From assembly GCF_002571385.2 (NCBI RefSeq), contig NW_019217795.1, positions 775,708-839,707 of the forward strand: 64,000 nt of DNA, in the 5' to 3' direction. A program made the translations under genes and the position numbers. Positions 39,695 through 50,095 of this stretch are shown piece by piece. Each line of letters opens with the position of its first letter. Position 1 is the first letter of the stretch. Origin of the DNA: Stylophora pistillata. Lineage: Eukaryota. The notes beneath the pieces were generated by a model that searched no databases, was not told where the DNA came from, and saw only the letters and a list, made by a program, of their open reading frames with translations.

Positions 39695-40422
39695 CAGAGA
39701 CACCTATCTATCTCAACTCTTTGACTTGTAACAATGGACCGAGTCATAATTTCACAACATCTTTTAATCCTGTGATGAGGCTTGACCCAAACAGAGAGTA
39801 TTTTATTGCTCTCGATGAAATCGCAATGTCATACAGCTGGTACAATGTGAGCAACAGCTATGACAATAACAAACTAAAATATAGTCACGATTCGGGTACA
39901 ACATGGTATGAGATTGAACTCCCAGATGGGAATTTCGCATACGAAGAACTGAACGCTTATGTTCAGAGAGAGCTAGAGGGATCAAAACATTCAGAGACAG
40001 GCATTACAATAACATTTGTCCCAGCGCTTTTCAAAGTTCTGATCGGTCTCGAAGACGGTTTTCAAGTCGATCTGCAAACCGGAAATTTTGCCGATCTCAT
40101 TGGCTTCACAAAAAAGGTTGTTACAGCAACTAGCTATGGTGAAAAATCCCCTAACATAACAAGATCTGTCGATGACATCTACGTTCACACCAACATCATC
40201 TCAGAGAGTGTTGTTGGTGGTAAACAATCAGATGTGTTGTTTCGATTCAGTGTTGACAATCTCCCTCTCTCTTTCCCTTTCCATATCGAGCCAAGGAAGA
40301 AAAAGTATAGCAAAATAAACACAGGAGCTATAAAAGATTTGCAAATCTATATCACTGATTCACTGGGAAGACCGCTCGACCTCAACGGTCTACCCATCTC
40401 ATTAACACTTCTCCTGAAATAA
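39691..40422 (+). CDS. Minor capsid protein (penton, single jelly-roll)
   Basis: NFTTSFNP.MRL, SWYNVS..NN, LPDGNF..ELN, IYVHTNII.ES, IYITDSLGRPLDLNG..SLTL pattern; position in the structural module. Confidence 0.8.
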   Translation: MTETPIYLNSLTCNNGPSHNFTTSFNPVMRLDPNREYFIALDEIAMSYSWYNVSNSYDNNKLKYSHDSGTTWYEIELPDGNFAYEELNAYVQRELEGSKHSETGITITFVPALFKVLIGLEDGFQVDLQTGNFADLIGFTKKVVTATSYGEKSPNITRSVDDIYVHTNIISESVVGGKQSDVLFRFSVDNLPLSFPFHIEPRKKKYSKINTGAIKDLQIYITDSLGRPLDLNGLPISLTLLLK

Positions 40423-40464
40423 GTGTTCAAAAACAGATATTTTATTTCATACACTTGAAATAAA

Positions 40465-40922
40465 ATGGTTCGAATACAGATGAAAAGAGATGCCAATGGC
40501 AAATACGTCTTATACAATCTTGATGACGATCACTCACTTCAAGAGGGTGAAGGGATATTTAACACTCTCAAAAATGTTGGAACTAAAATAGCTACAAAAC
40601 TCACAGGGAAAACTGCAAAGGAGATGGCTAAAAAGGCAGCTACGAAAGCGTTTGAGAAGGGAGCAGAGCAGATCGGTGAAAAGATGGGACAGTTAATCGG
40701 TGAAAAGATTTACGATAAGTTCACAAAACAGACAAACCTCAAGTAACGCATCACGAAGTACCACTAGTCACACATCACGAAGTACCACAAATAAAAGAAG
40801 ATAAAGGAGAAGAGCTTGCAAAGCTATTGAAGAAAGATAAGAAGCCGTGGTCAAAAAAGCCACCAAAAAATAAAATTGAAAAAGACGATCTCTTTAGCGA
40901 TTTCGATGACCTTTTTTTATGA
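40465..40922 (+). CDS. Amphipathic Lys/Ala-rich virion protein (protein VI/cupiennin-like), 1-nt frameshift near 40725
   Basis: GEG|IFNTLKNVGTKIATKLTGKTAKEMAKKAATKAF. The -1 frame continues KPQVTHHEVP...FSDFDDLFL to TGA at 40920-40922. Confidence 0.55.
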
Positions 40923-40956
40923 AAAAAATAATCTCTTCTTTCTTGCAAAACACATC

Positions 40957-42292
40957 ATGACCTCCATGCGAACTGCAAAATTTTCGAAGGGGTATGAGTA
41001 TTATTCATATGAGCTCGATACTCCTCTCCAATCTGCACCAGCAAATAACAACTATCAAAAGAAGGATGGGTACAAGTTTACTGTTGACACATCAACAGCG
41101 TCAGAGACTGTAGCTGACTGGCATAATGCTTATTTTGAAATGGATTTTAAACTCACAAAGATAGATAACACAACCTATGGTGCGGCTGATGCAGCTGCAA
41201 TAATCAATGGAGGTTTTAGTCTGATAAAAGACATCAAAGTTGATTTTGAGAGTGCGAGAGTTCTCGATCTTCCAAGTGCAAATCATGCTGCAAATGTAAA
41301 GAATCTCACCGAGTTTACAGAAGAACATTCGAGAAAAGTAGGCCCCCGCCAATTTCACTACCCCGACACAGCTACCGGTGCAGTCATACAAAAGTATACA
41401 ACACTTGCTCTTGATAGGAATGCGCAGAACATAGCACCAACAGACAACACTGATTACAATGAAGGATTTACAAAAAGAAAGACTCTTCTCACCACAGGTG
41501 CTGAAAACAACATCCATCTACCACCCAACCGTTTTGGCTTCTTTGACTCTTTGGAAGAGCAGTTAGCACCCAATGCAAAGGTTAGTATTTATGTTAGACT
41601 TGAAGATGATGCAAATGTGTTGTTCATAGCAAATACCGCTGCGGCAGGTAGATACATCGTGACAAAGTTCCGCTTGTGGGTACCGATAATTAAAATGAAT
41701 GTCCTTGGACTAAAGACATTTGTCGATAACTTCCTCAAACCTCACAGATGGTCTTATCTGAGAGAGGAAATTGTTGATGCGGGACCGCTTCGACAAAAAA
41801 ATGGAAAATTCAGAATTACAAATGCTATCAGAAGACCAAGGCATGTTTTCATTTGGGTTCTTAATGCAACCAAGTTTAGCGATCAGGAACAGAACATGTT
41901 TGTGTTCAACAATTTCAACATCGCAAAAGCGAGGTACTTTACAAAGGCTCAACTTCGTGTGCAGAATGGTGAAAAGTATCCCTGATCAACAACTGGACCC
42001 AAGCAGCGAGCTGACAAGAGCATGGACATATCTTGCAGACTATGTAAAGTTTGTAAGCGGCAATCTGTTCGGTCCAACAATTGATGTGAAACAATTTCAA
42101 GATCTCTATGGAATACTTTACTTTGATCTGACACGACAATCACCAGAGCTTCTTAAAGTTACAACAGGTCTGGATTTTGAGTATAGTCTCAACAACACTA
42201 CCAACGCAGACTATCACATCTATGCATTGATTCTCAATGAGGAGGAACTTAGTGTTGAAGTCATGGGTGGAAAAGCACTCATCAGGAATTAA
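40957..42292 (+). pseudogene. Major capsid protein (double jelly-roll), +1 frameshift near 41981
   Basis: DWHNAYFEMDFKL, NGGFSLIKDI, FRLWVP, RPRHVFIW, NGEKYP|DQQL, FQDLYGILYFDLT. TATCCCTGAT carries one extra C. Confidence 0.85.
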
Positions 42293-42345
42293 GTAGACTT
42301 TTCGTCTTTTTTTGGATTTCATTATGTGACTCGCATAATAAAAAG

Positions 42346-43218
42346 ATGACGACTTATTACCCTCATGGAGTAACTCTTTCAGATAATCAGAGAAGGAAGC
42401 TTGCTAAAGCTTTCAACGAAGAATCACCCATCACTCTGCGTCTCTCACACAACGAACTGACTGGTTCTGATGAGATGATGCTGACATAGACACAGATCAA
42501 GAAGATTCAGAAAGCAATAAGCAATGGAAGAGGGGTTGACCTCAAAATCAGCAACACACAGATAACAAAGGTTGCTCAAAAAGGTGGCAGCCTCTTCTCA
42601 TCACTTCTCACTCTTGGTGTAAAGCTTCTCCCAAAAGCAATGAATCTCGCCACAAAGGCTCTCCCAGGATTGGCGACAGGAGCACTCTCAAGTCTGGGCA
42701 ATTTCGCTACTGACAAGATTTTTGGAGCTGGTCAGTCAGGAGGTTTGATAATTCCACATTCAAAGATTCCACAGCTTTTACCTTTTGAAAACCGTCCCTC
42801 AGAAAAGCAGAAACAAGACATTGCAATTGCTCTTCAATCTGGTGGTGACTTGAAAATGAAACCAACAAAGAGGCAGAGTGGTGGTTTTCTCGGTACTCTT
42901 CTCGCTTCAATCGGTGAGCCGATACTTCTCAAGGCGTTGACCGGAAGCGGTATGCGAAGCGGAAGCGGAATGCAGAACAGAAAGCCGAGAGGAAGAGGTT
43001 TACAGAACAGAAGCGCGTCAGGCGGAGCCGGTAGGGCCGGCAGGGGAATGCAAAACAGACCATATTGGTTTCCACCGAGTTTTGGGGAGCCACCTATACC
43101 ATTTCTACCACAGAATGGAAGAGGGGTGAAAGGGAAAAAAAAGCAGAAAGGAAAGGGTCTGTTGCTTGGCAGAAACTCCCCCTTCAACGGAGTGCCACTA
43201 CTAAAAGATATATTGTGA
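42346..43218 (+). pseudogene. Basic Gly-rich core/precursor protein with multiple GG/GxG protease sites; in-frame TAG at 42487
   Basis: MTTYYPHGVTLSDNQ...MLT*TQIKK...QKGG|S, QSGG|L, QSGG|F, repeated GSG/GRG + MQNR, ending GKGLLLGRNSPFNGVPLLKDIL. Confidence 0.65.
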
Positions 43219-43715
43219 AAAGACCACCCTTCAAAAACAGACCAATCACAAACCTTGACATTCAAAACTGGGTCGAATACCTCAAGATTCCAAACTTTGG
43301 AGGGGTGATTTCCAGGGATCAAGTGAAAGATTGTGAGATGGGACACTCTTTCGTCATCAATCTGAACGAGTCAGATGAGCCTGGTTCACACTGGGTGGCG
43401 ATGGTCTTTGGCTCTGATCTCATCTTGTACTTTGACAGTTTCGGTCTTGATCCACCACAAGAGGTGTTGATTCTTTGTAACAAACATGGAGTCAACTACG
43501 CATTCAACAACACACATTATCAGTCATTGACAAGCGTGTTGTGTGGTTACTATTGCCTCTTCTTCTTGAATGAAGTAAATCTCAGGATTCGGTTGAAACC
43601 CTCTCTTGCTCATCAAAGCTTGTACTCTGTCTTCAACGATGTGACAGAACCTCTGTCAGTGACTGACACTGAAGCGAACGAGCGTTTCATCAAAAAATAC
43701 TTCAAAGAGGTTTGA
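43137..43715 (+). CDS. Adenain-like (C5) maturation protease; no ATG upstream of the protease domain
   Basis: INLNES..GSHWVA, YFDSFG..PP, YQS..SVLCGYYCLFFL: His, Asp, Gln and Cys catalytic residues intact. Confidence 0.9.
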   Translation, partial: KKAERKGSVAWQKLPLQRSATTKRYIVKRPPFKNRPITNLDIQNWVEYLKIPNFGGVISRDQVKDCEMGHSFVINLNESDEPGSHWVAMVFGSDLILYFDSFGLDPPQEVLILCNKHGVNYAFNNTHYQSLTSVLCGYYCLFFLNEVNLRIRLKPSLAHQSLYSVFNDVTEPLSVTDTEANERFIKKYFKEV

Positions 43716-43772
43716 CTCTGAGTCAAAAACAAAAAAAAAACCTCTTCAAACTTTCTGAAGAGGTTACAAACA

Positions 43773-46073
43773 ATGGGGTATTCTGACGGTTATCATCGAT
43801 TCAACAGGCAAGGAGGTGCAAGCAAAACAGGTCCTGCAGGACCACCAGGCCCTGCCGGTCCAAAAGGAGAAAAGGGAGACGCAGGACAACAAGGGCAAAA
43901 GGGTGAGGCAGGGCCTACTGGTCCAAAGGGAGACACAGGACCACAAGGGCCGGCAGGTCCTGCTGGTTCAAAGGGAGACGCAGGACCGCAAGAACAAAGA
44001 GGACCAGCAGGACCTACCGGTTCAAAAGGAGACACAGGTCCTGCCGGCCCTACCGGTCTACAAGGACCAAGAGGACTAGCAGGACCTACCGGTTCAAAAG
44101 GAGACACAGGTCCTGCCGGCCCTACCGGTCTACAAGGACCAAGAGGATTAAGAGGACCGGCAGGGCCTGCCGGTCCTGCTGGTTCTGACGGTTCAAACGT
44201 TGATCTTTCAAATTATCTCGACAAAACAAAGGTTGGTGATTTGCAGAAGGCTTTGAAATTCGTCAGCTCACACGGAGCTGATAGACAGATTAGCGGTCTA
44301 TCCGATCAACCCCTAAACGGTACTGCAGCTGTCAATCTGAATAAACTCAACACCGAACTCGGAAAGAAGGCTGACACATCGACCGTAATTAACGGTCTGA
44401 CAGCAAAACTTAATACCTCCACATTTAATACGCAAATAGCAAGAAAACCAAATACCACATCTGTGTTGCTCTTGGATGGAAGTCAAAAGATGACTGGCAA
44501 CCTTGATCTGAACGGTAACGATGTGATTAATTCAAAGAGAGAGAATTATCTGGGTATGACTACCGCTCAGCAGTCCACTTATGAGAACTCAAACACACTC
44601 GTCTCTCGATATGAAGCAGGGGCAATGAAGAGGCATCTAAAGGGTCTACTCGATATTACCACTCTCTCGAATGCAAATCAAACATACGTTGACAATGTGA
44701 AAAAGACAGTGTCAAGCTTTAGAAATATAGANNNNNNNNNNNNNNNNAAAACTGTTGAGAGTCTTACCCAAACGAAGGTTAATAAATCAGGTGACACAAT
44801 GACAGGAAACCTCAATCTTGGTAATAATAAAGCAGTTAACTCTGCTGCACCAAGCAGCGGAGGCGATCTCTGCAACAAAACATATGTCGACACCCTTGTG
44901 GGGGTGACCAAAACCAACCTTGAAAAACATGTCGATGACCACCTTGCTCATAGCATCAGAACCACCAATCTGAAAAACGATCTCGATTATATCATGAACG
45001 AGATTATCGGAAATGAGTTCAGCGATGAAGATGATATCACCGGCAAAGTACAAATTTACAAAGACTTTCATAAATTTGCAAAGAATGTAAAACCGTTCGA
45101 TCTTCTTCTCGACACATCAAAAGGTTACTATTCAAGTCGCTTCGGTGTGAACATGTACTCTGCCGCAAAATCAGAGTACACAGTTGTCTGTGAAATGTGG
45201 TGGGAATCCAATAAAGTTGATTCAACCTCTGTGACTCTGACTGCCACAAGCTCTGTAGAGACAGTTTCAAGGCAGCGCTGCAATCGATTCTCAAATCATA
45301 TTGTCAGTCTCATACATATGACAAAATGGAGTGATGCAACACCCAATTATTTGATGTTCGACATCGTGATAAAAAACAATTCAGGGCAGGTCTATGATCA
45401 GAAACTTCCGATTTGGGTTGTGGTTTACGGAAGCAAGGGATACCACAACAGTCTGCCTGAAGATGTTTGGGATCGATGGTACTCTTTCTATGACAAAAAA
45501 ATGTACATTTATCCACAAGTCGAACTGATGAAGGAACCGAAGGATAATGCAAACCCAGCCACAAAGAAATATGTTGATGATATCAAAACAACATTACAGA
45601 CAAAGATCAATTCAAAAGCAACCAAAACAGCGCTGACAAACGCAACAAGAAAGATCTGGTATCGAGGAAACTGTGCTCACGACAATTCATCACAGGCAAG
45701 ATTCTAAGTAAATGGAGCATCAGATCATACCACATATGTATCACAGAGCGCTAACGCTGATTTCACAGTAAACAGTTCAGACAACACAAAACTCATAATC
45801 AACAACGCTGGTATGTATCTGATCACATACACCGATGGTATCAAGTCTAAACATCTATCACATCTCAGGTTCATCTTGGACAATCCGTTCATGACCACAG
45901 CAAACGGTATATTGGTAGCGCTACCCAACACAAAAAATACTTGGAAGACACTCGCTAATACCGTTCTATTATATTTCCAAGCAAACACATCGCTGAGCAT
46001 AGCGACAGATAACAGCTCTGTTCAACTCAATGGAACTGATGACAGCTATCTGATGATTGTGAAGCAGGATTGA
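43773..46073 (+). pseudogene. Putative virion fibre: collagen triple helix, phage-fibre-like repeats and beta head; in-frame TAA at 45705
   Basis: 41 Gly-X-Y triplets with one G>E change; [10 protein letters not shown] / GDTMTGNLNLGNNK and (A/N)TKxYVD repeats. ORF 45813-46073 (INNAGMYLITY) is in the same frame after the TAA. A small N gap lies at ~44732-44747. Confidence 0.7.
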
Positions 46074-46125
46074 GATTACGCTAGTAATAAAAAAGCTAAT
46101 TTTATTATGGGATGTTCATAATAAA

Positions 46126-46626
46126 ATGACTGACGCAACCATTTTCAACTTCAACCGTATCGACTACTCTATCGGAGAGGAGAAGATCGATGAGCTCAAA
46201 GCTCTTTACAAACACTATCACAAGAAGTGGTGGTGCTCGAGGAAGATCTTCAAGAGTTTCAAACGAAAGAGTCTTCTCTGCAACCTGGGAAGCACCATGC
46301 TCATCGTTATCGGAGGGATAGCTGGAGGGATAACCATGAACCCAATCCCGCTTGCTACAATATCAGGCACTGGCCTCCTTCTCAAGACGTACACCGATGT
46401 GAAGAAGTTCGACAGAAAGATCGATATGAGCAAATTTGCCTTTACAACCTATGAGAAGATCTTGACTGAACTGAGATCCTATCTGAGAGGAAGACCGTTC
46501 GACAGTGCATCGTTTCTCAATGAGGTGAGACTCATCGATGATACAATCACAGATCTGTATCCAATCTTTCAATCGACTAAAGTACTTAAGCAGTATAAAA
46601 CACGCTTCGAGCATAATAAGGTTTGA
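46126..46626 (+). CDS. Two-TM hairpin membrane protein (SLATT-like layout)
   Basis: Basic helix, hydrophobic LGSTMLIVIGGIAGGITMNPIPLATISGTGLLL, then helical FTTYEKILTELRSYL. Confidence 0.55.
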   Translation: MTDATIFNFNRIDYSIGEEKIDELKALYKHYHKKWWCSRKIFKSFKRKSLLCNLGSTMLIVIGGIAGGITMNPIPLATISGTGLLLKTYTDVKKFDRKIDMSKFAFTTYEKILTELRSYLRGRPFDSASFLNEVRLIDDTITDLYPIFQSTKVLKQYKTRFEHNKV

Positions 46627-46712
46627 GGTTTCTAAATACTTTCCTCTTTTGAAACGAAAGAGGAAAGTGAGATCTTCTCTTTAGTAGACAGTAGGCCCTG
46701 CCTCAGGCCGAC

Positions 46713-47401
46713 CTAACCTTCCTCTTCATCAGATGAAAGGGTGTCTTTATCTTCATCTTCATCTTCTTCATCAGATGAAAGGTGACCAACGGTTGTCTCT
46801 GTGGCAGTGATTTGACATAGATGTCATTCACCTTGATCTGCAGCGTTACAGCTTCTTCACTAATATAGATCGACTCGATTATCAACGCCATCTTCACTTT
46901 GCAATATTGATCAAGATAATCAAGTGGATTCTCTTTTGCTTTCTCTCTTGATCGGAAAAGTGTGTGTATATTCTGCGTCTTCTTAGAGATGATGAGCTTT
47001 GAATAAAGAATGGGGGGTTTTCCCTATTTCTCAATCAGAGGGAGTTTCAACATTGATGCAGTTTTAGGTTCATATCCGATCTTCTCAAGATGATCAGAAC
47101 ACGGATGTTTAAACTGTTTCAATCCATCATAAAAATCAAACTCTTTTTTTGATAGTTCATAGTCTACACCCCAGAGACAGGTGGGGATTGAGTAACCAGT
47201 GAAACCACCAGCTTTATCACGACTCTCTTGCACACCAAAAGAGAAGAGGAGAGGAGACTCAATCACCAACGGTCCTGGTGTATTTTCCCCTCCACCATTC
47301 TTCGCTTCAATATTGATTCTTTGATGACCATATTGGTTGACAACGGCTTCGTGGAATATGACATTCTCTTTGTTGAGCTTTTTGATACTTGTGAGTTGCA
47401 T
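46713..47401 (-). pseudogene. T7 gp2.5-like / iridovirus DUF2738-like ssDNA-binding protein
   Basis: GPLVIESPLLFSFGVQE, GYSIPTCLW, P.LYSKLI, NPLDYL..CKVKMALIIESIYI..LQIKV, and an acidic tail SSDEEDEDEDKDTLSSDEEEG*. One stop and two frameshifts. Confidence 0.6.
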
Positions 47402-47460
47402 TGTTATTATTATCAAACATTTTCTTTAAAACATTTTTTTTGAAAAAAGCAAGTGGATAT

Positions 47461-47600
47461 TTATCTCTGAAGAATAAGTATTTCTTTCGCTTTTGCATCG
47501 TTGACACTTATCTCTGAAGAATAAGTGTTTCTTTCGCTTTTGCATTGTTGACACTTATCTTCAGAGATAAGTGTTGCTTTCGCTTTGCTTTCGCTTTCAC
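47461..47600. repeat. ~47-bp tandem repeat (2-3 copies) in the divergent SSB/ATPase intergenic region
   Basis: TTATCTCTGAAGAATAAGT(A/G)TTTCTTTCGCTTTTGCAT(C/T)GTTGACAC repeated. Confidence 0.8.
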
Positions 47601-47646
47601 AAATTCAAGAGTTATATTTTCAGCGATACTTGTAGAATAAGCTAAA

Positions 47647-48294
47647 ATGGTCAACATTCCAAAATTGACTACAGAGAGTTCAAACGGAAATCGAAAGAGA
47701 AGAGCACCCGGTGTTGACTTTCTTGATGAAGAGTATAGGATGTTGATTGCCGGTCCGAGTGGGGCTGGAAAGACAAACACGCTTATGTACATGTTGAGAG
47801 AGCCGCTGGTCATTTACGAACAGATTTTTATCTATACTCCAAACATTCACCAAGAGCTGATACAAGATCTCCAAAAGATTATGCATCAGCACTCACAGAA
47901 ACTTGGGTATGATGTGTTGCATCTGATGAATCCTGATGAAATTCTTGACACAACAGAGTATCCAAGAGTGGGCAGGAAGGTTGTGATTTTCGACGACCTC
48001 ATCACTGCTCCTAATAACGTGCAGGAAAATATCTTGAAGCATTTCGTTGATGGAAGGCATCATTTAATCTCACCGGTGTATCTGAGTCAATCATATCACA
48101 AGACTCCTGTCAACAACAGATTGAACTGCTCTCATCTCATCCTGTACAAACCTGCAATGAATTGCCATCGCGCTATGATCGCTCGTGAGAATAGCTTTGA
48201 ACCAGATCTGTTCTCAAGACTGAAACCTTTTGAATTTCTTTTCCTCGACAAGGTGAAGGAGACATGCATGAGAAATTTCGATGAAGAAATCTAA
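47647..48294 (+). CDS. A32/FtsK-like genome packaging ATPase
   Basis: Walker A IAGPSGAGKT, Walker B VVIFDD, GRH..IS.VYLSQSY, RLNCSHLIL. Confidence 0.92.
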   Translation: MVNIPKLTTESSNGNRKRRAPGVDFLDEEYRMLIAGPSGAGKTNTLMYMLREPLVIYEQIFIYTPNIHQELIQDLQKIMHQHSQKLGYDVLHLMNPDEILDTTEYPRVGRKVVIFDDLITAPNNVQENILKHFVDGRHHLISPVYLSQSYHKTPVNNRLNCSHLILYKPAMNCHRAMIARENSFEPDLFSRLKPFEFLFLDKVKETCMRNFDEEI

Positions 48295-48308
48295 CGCTTT
48301 TTCAAGAG

Positions 48309-49175
48309 ATGAAGAGTTATTGTGTCAAACAGAGAAAAAAGACTGAGTCTGTATCCGGGAGCGAAAGACGGGAGATTGCAAAAAACGGTCGTCCGATCAT
48401 CAAATCGAAGTGTGCAGAGTGTGGCATTACAAAGGTAAGGTTTCCTAGTGGTGTTACCACCACTGAAAAAAAAGGCGGGGCGCTCTTTGATGATGTAGGA
48501 AGGACCAGCACTTCGCTGTTAGAGATGGGGATGAAGGGGTTGGCTAATCTCGGACAGTACGGTCTTGCAAAGGCTGTCAATTCTAACTATGGAAAGAAGA
48601 AGATGAAGCAGACAGCAAACAAATATCTCGATCAAGCTATCGATTCTTTTGCTAACGATATGAGTAGAAAAATCGGGAGAAGTGTTTATGATGTTAATGA
48701 AGTGTTACCAATGTCAATGTATGCTCCCGATCGTGTTAATGATCCGACACACCCCCTTTATGAAGGAGGATCCTTCGATATTCACAAAGCTATCGGAAAA
48801 CTACCAAAACCGAAGAAGGGTTGGACTCTTCCAGGTCATAAGTATACAGGACCGTACAACGACCTTGCAAATCAGGTGAGGTATAACCCTCAGACGGGTG
48901 AGATTCTTGAGATTTTTGATAAGCCAACAGGACCGACTGACGCTGTCGCTATGCAACATGATGTTGATTACAGCGTCTGTACAAACAAGACAGACCCAAA
49001 GAAGTGTAAGAATGCGACTGACCGTAAGATGTTGAAAGCTCTCGATGCGATTCCAACGAGTGAGAGACAGTGGGGGCATTGGGCTGCAAGAAACATCATC
49101 AATACCAAGCAGAAGCTTGGTTTGGGTGTGGGGAAAAAAAAGCTCAGAGGAAGAAGGGGTGGCAAGAGGAATTAG
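48309..49175 (+). CDS. Zn-ribbon plus parvovirus-type phospholipase A2 domain virion protein
   Basis: N-terminal YCVK..KT...CAECG.TK; LPGHKYTGPYN (Ca-loop-like) and DAVAMQHDVDY (HD..Y catalytic). Confidence 0.8.
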   Translation: MKSYCVKQRKKTESVSGSERREIAKNGRPIIKSKCAECGITKVRFPSGVTTTEKKGGALFDDVGRTSTSLLEMGMKGLANLGQYGLAKAVNSNYGKKKMKQTANKYLDQAIDSFANDMSRKIGRSVYDVNEVLPMSMYAPDRVNDPTHPLYEGGSFDIHKAIGKLPKPKKGWTLPGHKYTGPYNDLANQVRYNPQTGEILEIFDKPTGPTDAVAMQHDVDYSVCTNKTDPKKCKNATDRKMLKALDAIPTSERQWGHWAARNIINTKQKLGLGVGKKKLRGRRGGKRN

Positions 49176-50095
49176 CAGAGGAGTTGCACAGACCGGTGAG
49201 GCGAAACTTCAGAAAACGACGCGTTATTGTCAAAGGAATCGATGAGATTTGGTGCTCCGACTTGGTTGAGATGCAAAAGTTTGCAAAGTGGAATGAGGGT
49301 TTTAGATATCTGCTGATGGTTTTGGATGTCTTCAGCAAATACGGCTGGATCGTTCCGTTGAAGAACAAGAAGGGTGAGAGTGTTTCGGAGGGGTTCAGAA
49401 AGCTTTTCGCTGAAGGGAGAAGACCGAAGAGACTCTGGGTTGACAAGGGTTTGGAGTTTAACAACAGTCATGTTAAAGATCTGATGAAAGCTGAAGGTGT
49501 TGAGATGTACTCGACAGAGAATGAGGAGAAATCGTCTGTCTGTGAGAGGTGGAATCGAACGATCAAAACGGAGATGTGGAAGCAGTTTACCATTCAGAAT
49601 AACACACAGTATCTCGACATTCTGCCAAAGATTGTCAAGAAGTACAACAATCGAAAACACAGATCAATCGGTATGACTCCGACAGAGGCTTCCAAGAAAA
49701 AGAATGAGAATGCCGTCTTTCTGAAACTCTATGGCGATCTGAGCGAATTGCGAGAGAAACCAAAGTTTGCGGTTGGCGATCACGTTCGAATCTCCAAATT
49801 CAAGCGAAAAGTGTTCGACAAAGGATTTACCCCTAATTGGACAGTGGAGATTTTCGTCGTTGACGAGGTGCAATATTCCAACCCGATCACTTACAAGTTG
49901 AAGGATCTGCTCGGGGAAGAGATCAAAGGTTCTTTCTACGAACACGAGATGTTGAGAGCAAAGCAGGATGTTTTCCGCATTGAGAAGGTTATTCGAAGGA
50001 GTAAAGGGAAAGCTTTCGTGAAGTGGAGTGGTTACCCAGAAAAATTAAACTCGTGGATTGATGAGAGAGAACTTCAGGGGGTAGGTCCTACCTAA
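49136..50095 (+). CDS. Retroviral-type (rve) integrase with C-terminal chromodomain; no ATG before the catalytic core
   Basis: ELHRP.R, WCSDL (D), LWVDKGLEF (D), VCERWNRTIK (E), YNNRKHRSIGMTP, chromodomain FRIEKVI..VKWSGY..NSWI. Confidence 0.93.
   Translation, partial: KKAQRKKGWQEELAEELHRPVRRNFRKRRVIVKGIDEIWCSDLVEMQKFAKWNEGFRYLLMVLDVFSKYGWIVPLKNKKGESVSEGFRKLFAEGRRPKRLWVDKGLEFNNSHVKDLMKAEGVEMYSTENEEKSSVCERWNRTIKTEMWKQFTIQNNTQYLDILPKIVKKYNNRKHRSIGMTPTEASKKKNENAVFLKLYGDLSELREKPKFAVGDHVRISKFKRKVFDKGFTPNWTVEIFVVDEVQYSNPITYKLKDLLGEEIKGSFYEHEMLRAKQDVFRIEKVIRRSKGKAFVKWSGYPEKLNSWIDERELQGVGPT

Noticed and set aside
41975-41990. MCP frameshift, and stops in the core, fibre and pPolB genes, as recoding signals
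   Set aside because: Each interrupts a conserved domain, is repaired by a 1-2 nt change, and shares no motif with the others; consistent with decay.
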